The notes under the pieces were generated by a model that ran no database searches, was not told the origin of the DNA, and worked only from the letters and a program-made list of their open reading frames with translations. From assembly GCA_963765765.1 (NCBI GenBank), contig CAVXYC010000001.1, positions 128,001 to 192,000 of the forward strand: DNA of 64,000 bases. The letters run 5' to 3'. Source of the DNA: an uncultured Chloroflexia bacterium (GTDB taxonomy: Bacteria; Chloroflexota; UBA6077; JACCZL01). The first letter of the stretch is position 1. Every line of letters begins with the position of its first letter. The translations under genes were made by a program, and so were the position numbers. Positions 63,211 to 64,000 of the stretch are shown here, piece after piece.

Positions 63211-63336
63211 GGTTCCGATAACCGTGTTCAAACTAACTCATCTGGGAACGTGACAATAGGAAACACGCTCGAGTGACCGTGGCAGCTGGTACTGGGAATC
63301 GGGGTTATCGGACCCTGTTTCAAAGCGCGGAGCGTG
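63211..63336. repeat. Two dif-like half-sites and a 36-bp repeat of 55152-55187
   Basis: GGTTCCGATAA at 63211; GGGGTTATCGGACCCTGTTTCAAAGCGCGGAGCGTG at 63301-63336 (31/36 identical to 55152-55187). Confidence 0.6.
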
Positions 63337-63453
63337 CGCCGGGAGGGGCGTGAGAGATCCTTTCTGGATCGGCTCCGTTGCCTGGCCGATCGCCACCGCG
63401 GTGGGGGACTGGTTCGATTGCGGGCTCAAGCCGCCAGTTCTATACTGGCGGCC

Positions 63454-64000
63454 ATGGACCCGTGGAGTCGTCGAGACTTCCTGCGCGCTAGCCTTGGCCT
63501 CACCGGCCTCGGCCTGCTCGCCGGCTGCGCGGCCTTGCCGGCGCCAGGTCAAGGGACGGCGAGGATGCCGCGCATCGGCTTCCTGCTCGTCGGCACCCGC
63601 GAAGGTCGGGCGGACCTGATCGAGGACTTCCTCCGGGGGCTGCGCGAGCACGGCTACGAGGATGGAAGGAACATCGGCATTGAATACCGCTTCTCGGATA
63701 CCGTCGACAATCGGCTGTCGGAGCTCGCGACCGAGCTGGTCGACCTGCAGCTCGATCTCATCCTGACGATAGGCACCCCGGCGAGCCGCGCCGCCAAGGA
63801 GGCCACCGGCACCATCCCCATCCTTGCCGCCTCGGTCTCTGACCCGGTCGGGAGCGGCCTGGTCGCCAGTCTCGCGCGGCCGGGCGGGAACGTTACCAGT
63901 TTGAGCAACTCGGGCAATGACACCGACATGAAGCGCATGGAGCGGCTCAAGGAGGTGGTCCCCGCGGCCTCCCGCGTCGCCGTCCTCGGGGGCCAAAGCA
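63454..64000 (+). CDS. ABC_sub_bind-family substrate-binding lipoprotein (partial, runs off the window)
   Basis: MDPWSRRDFL...LLAGC, PRIGFL, GLREHGYEDGRNIGIEYR, DPVGSGLVASLARPGGNVT; TATACT 7 bp upstream of the ATG. Confidence 0.92.
   Translation, partial: MDPWSRRDFLRASLGLTGLGLLAGCAALPAPGQGTARMPRIGFLLVGTREGRADLIEDFLRGLREHGYEDGRNIGIEYRFSDTVDNRLSELATELVDLQLDLILTIGTPASRAAKEATGTIPILAASVSDPVGSGLVASLARPGGNVTSLSNSGNDTDMKRMERLKEVVPAASRVAVLGGQS

Noticed and set aside
63238-63996. 252-aa minus-strand ORF and similar long antisense ORFs
   Set aside because: Shadow frames of high-GC genes. The plus strand here encodes a clear ABC_sub_bind protein.
1-64000. Widespread frameshifts as pseudogenisation or programmed frameshifting
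   Set aside because: Single-base indels hit more than 20 otherwise intact genes, including wecB and E2, often at short homopolymers. This fits long-read assembly error better.
1-64000. CRISPR array, rRNA or tRNA genes
   Set aside because: No regularly spaced repeat-spacer series and no recognisable tRNA or rRNA sequence seen by eye.

Overview
High-GC bacterial chromosomal window. The gene styles suggest a soil Chloroflexota-like organism, but this is inference only. Many genes are broken by single-base indels, probably uncorrected long-read errors, so split ORFs are merged here. Contents from left to right: (1) 1-7 kb, a signalling operon (Crp, two orphan ABC_sub_bind proteins, dCache-HAMP-GAF-GAF histidine kinase, atypical receiver, receiver-class III cyclase); (2) 7-11 kb, a TIGR04222 Cys-tail membrane protein, a DUF692 (MNIO) enzyme, a partner protein and two DoxX genes; (3) 11-27 kb, ArsR-SRPBCC, an orphan E2 acyltransferase, an Mre11/Rad50-like YhaO/YhaN pair, cysteine synthase, SDRs and a redox island (Tat hydrolase, cytochrome P460-like lipoprotein, DUF4405-Rieske fusion, MmyB-type regulator); (4) 28-50 kb, a surface-glycan cluster carrying a decayed RAYT and several REP-like repeat families; (5) 51-64 kb, an accessory region with an IS1182-like element, ABC_sub_bind genes, a Bell/amyloid-motif-like gene, an integrase remnant element and a candidate structured ncRNA. 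The most notable non-coding signal is a family of symmetric dif-like 11-6-11 bp sites (CCGATAA-N6-TTATCGG). They bracket gene modules, and one is split by the IS.
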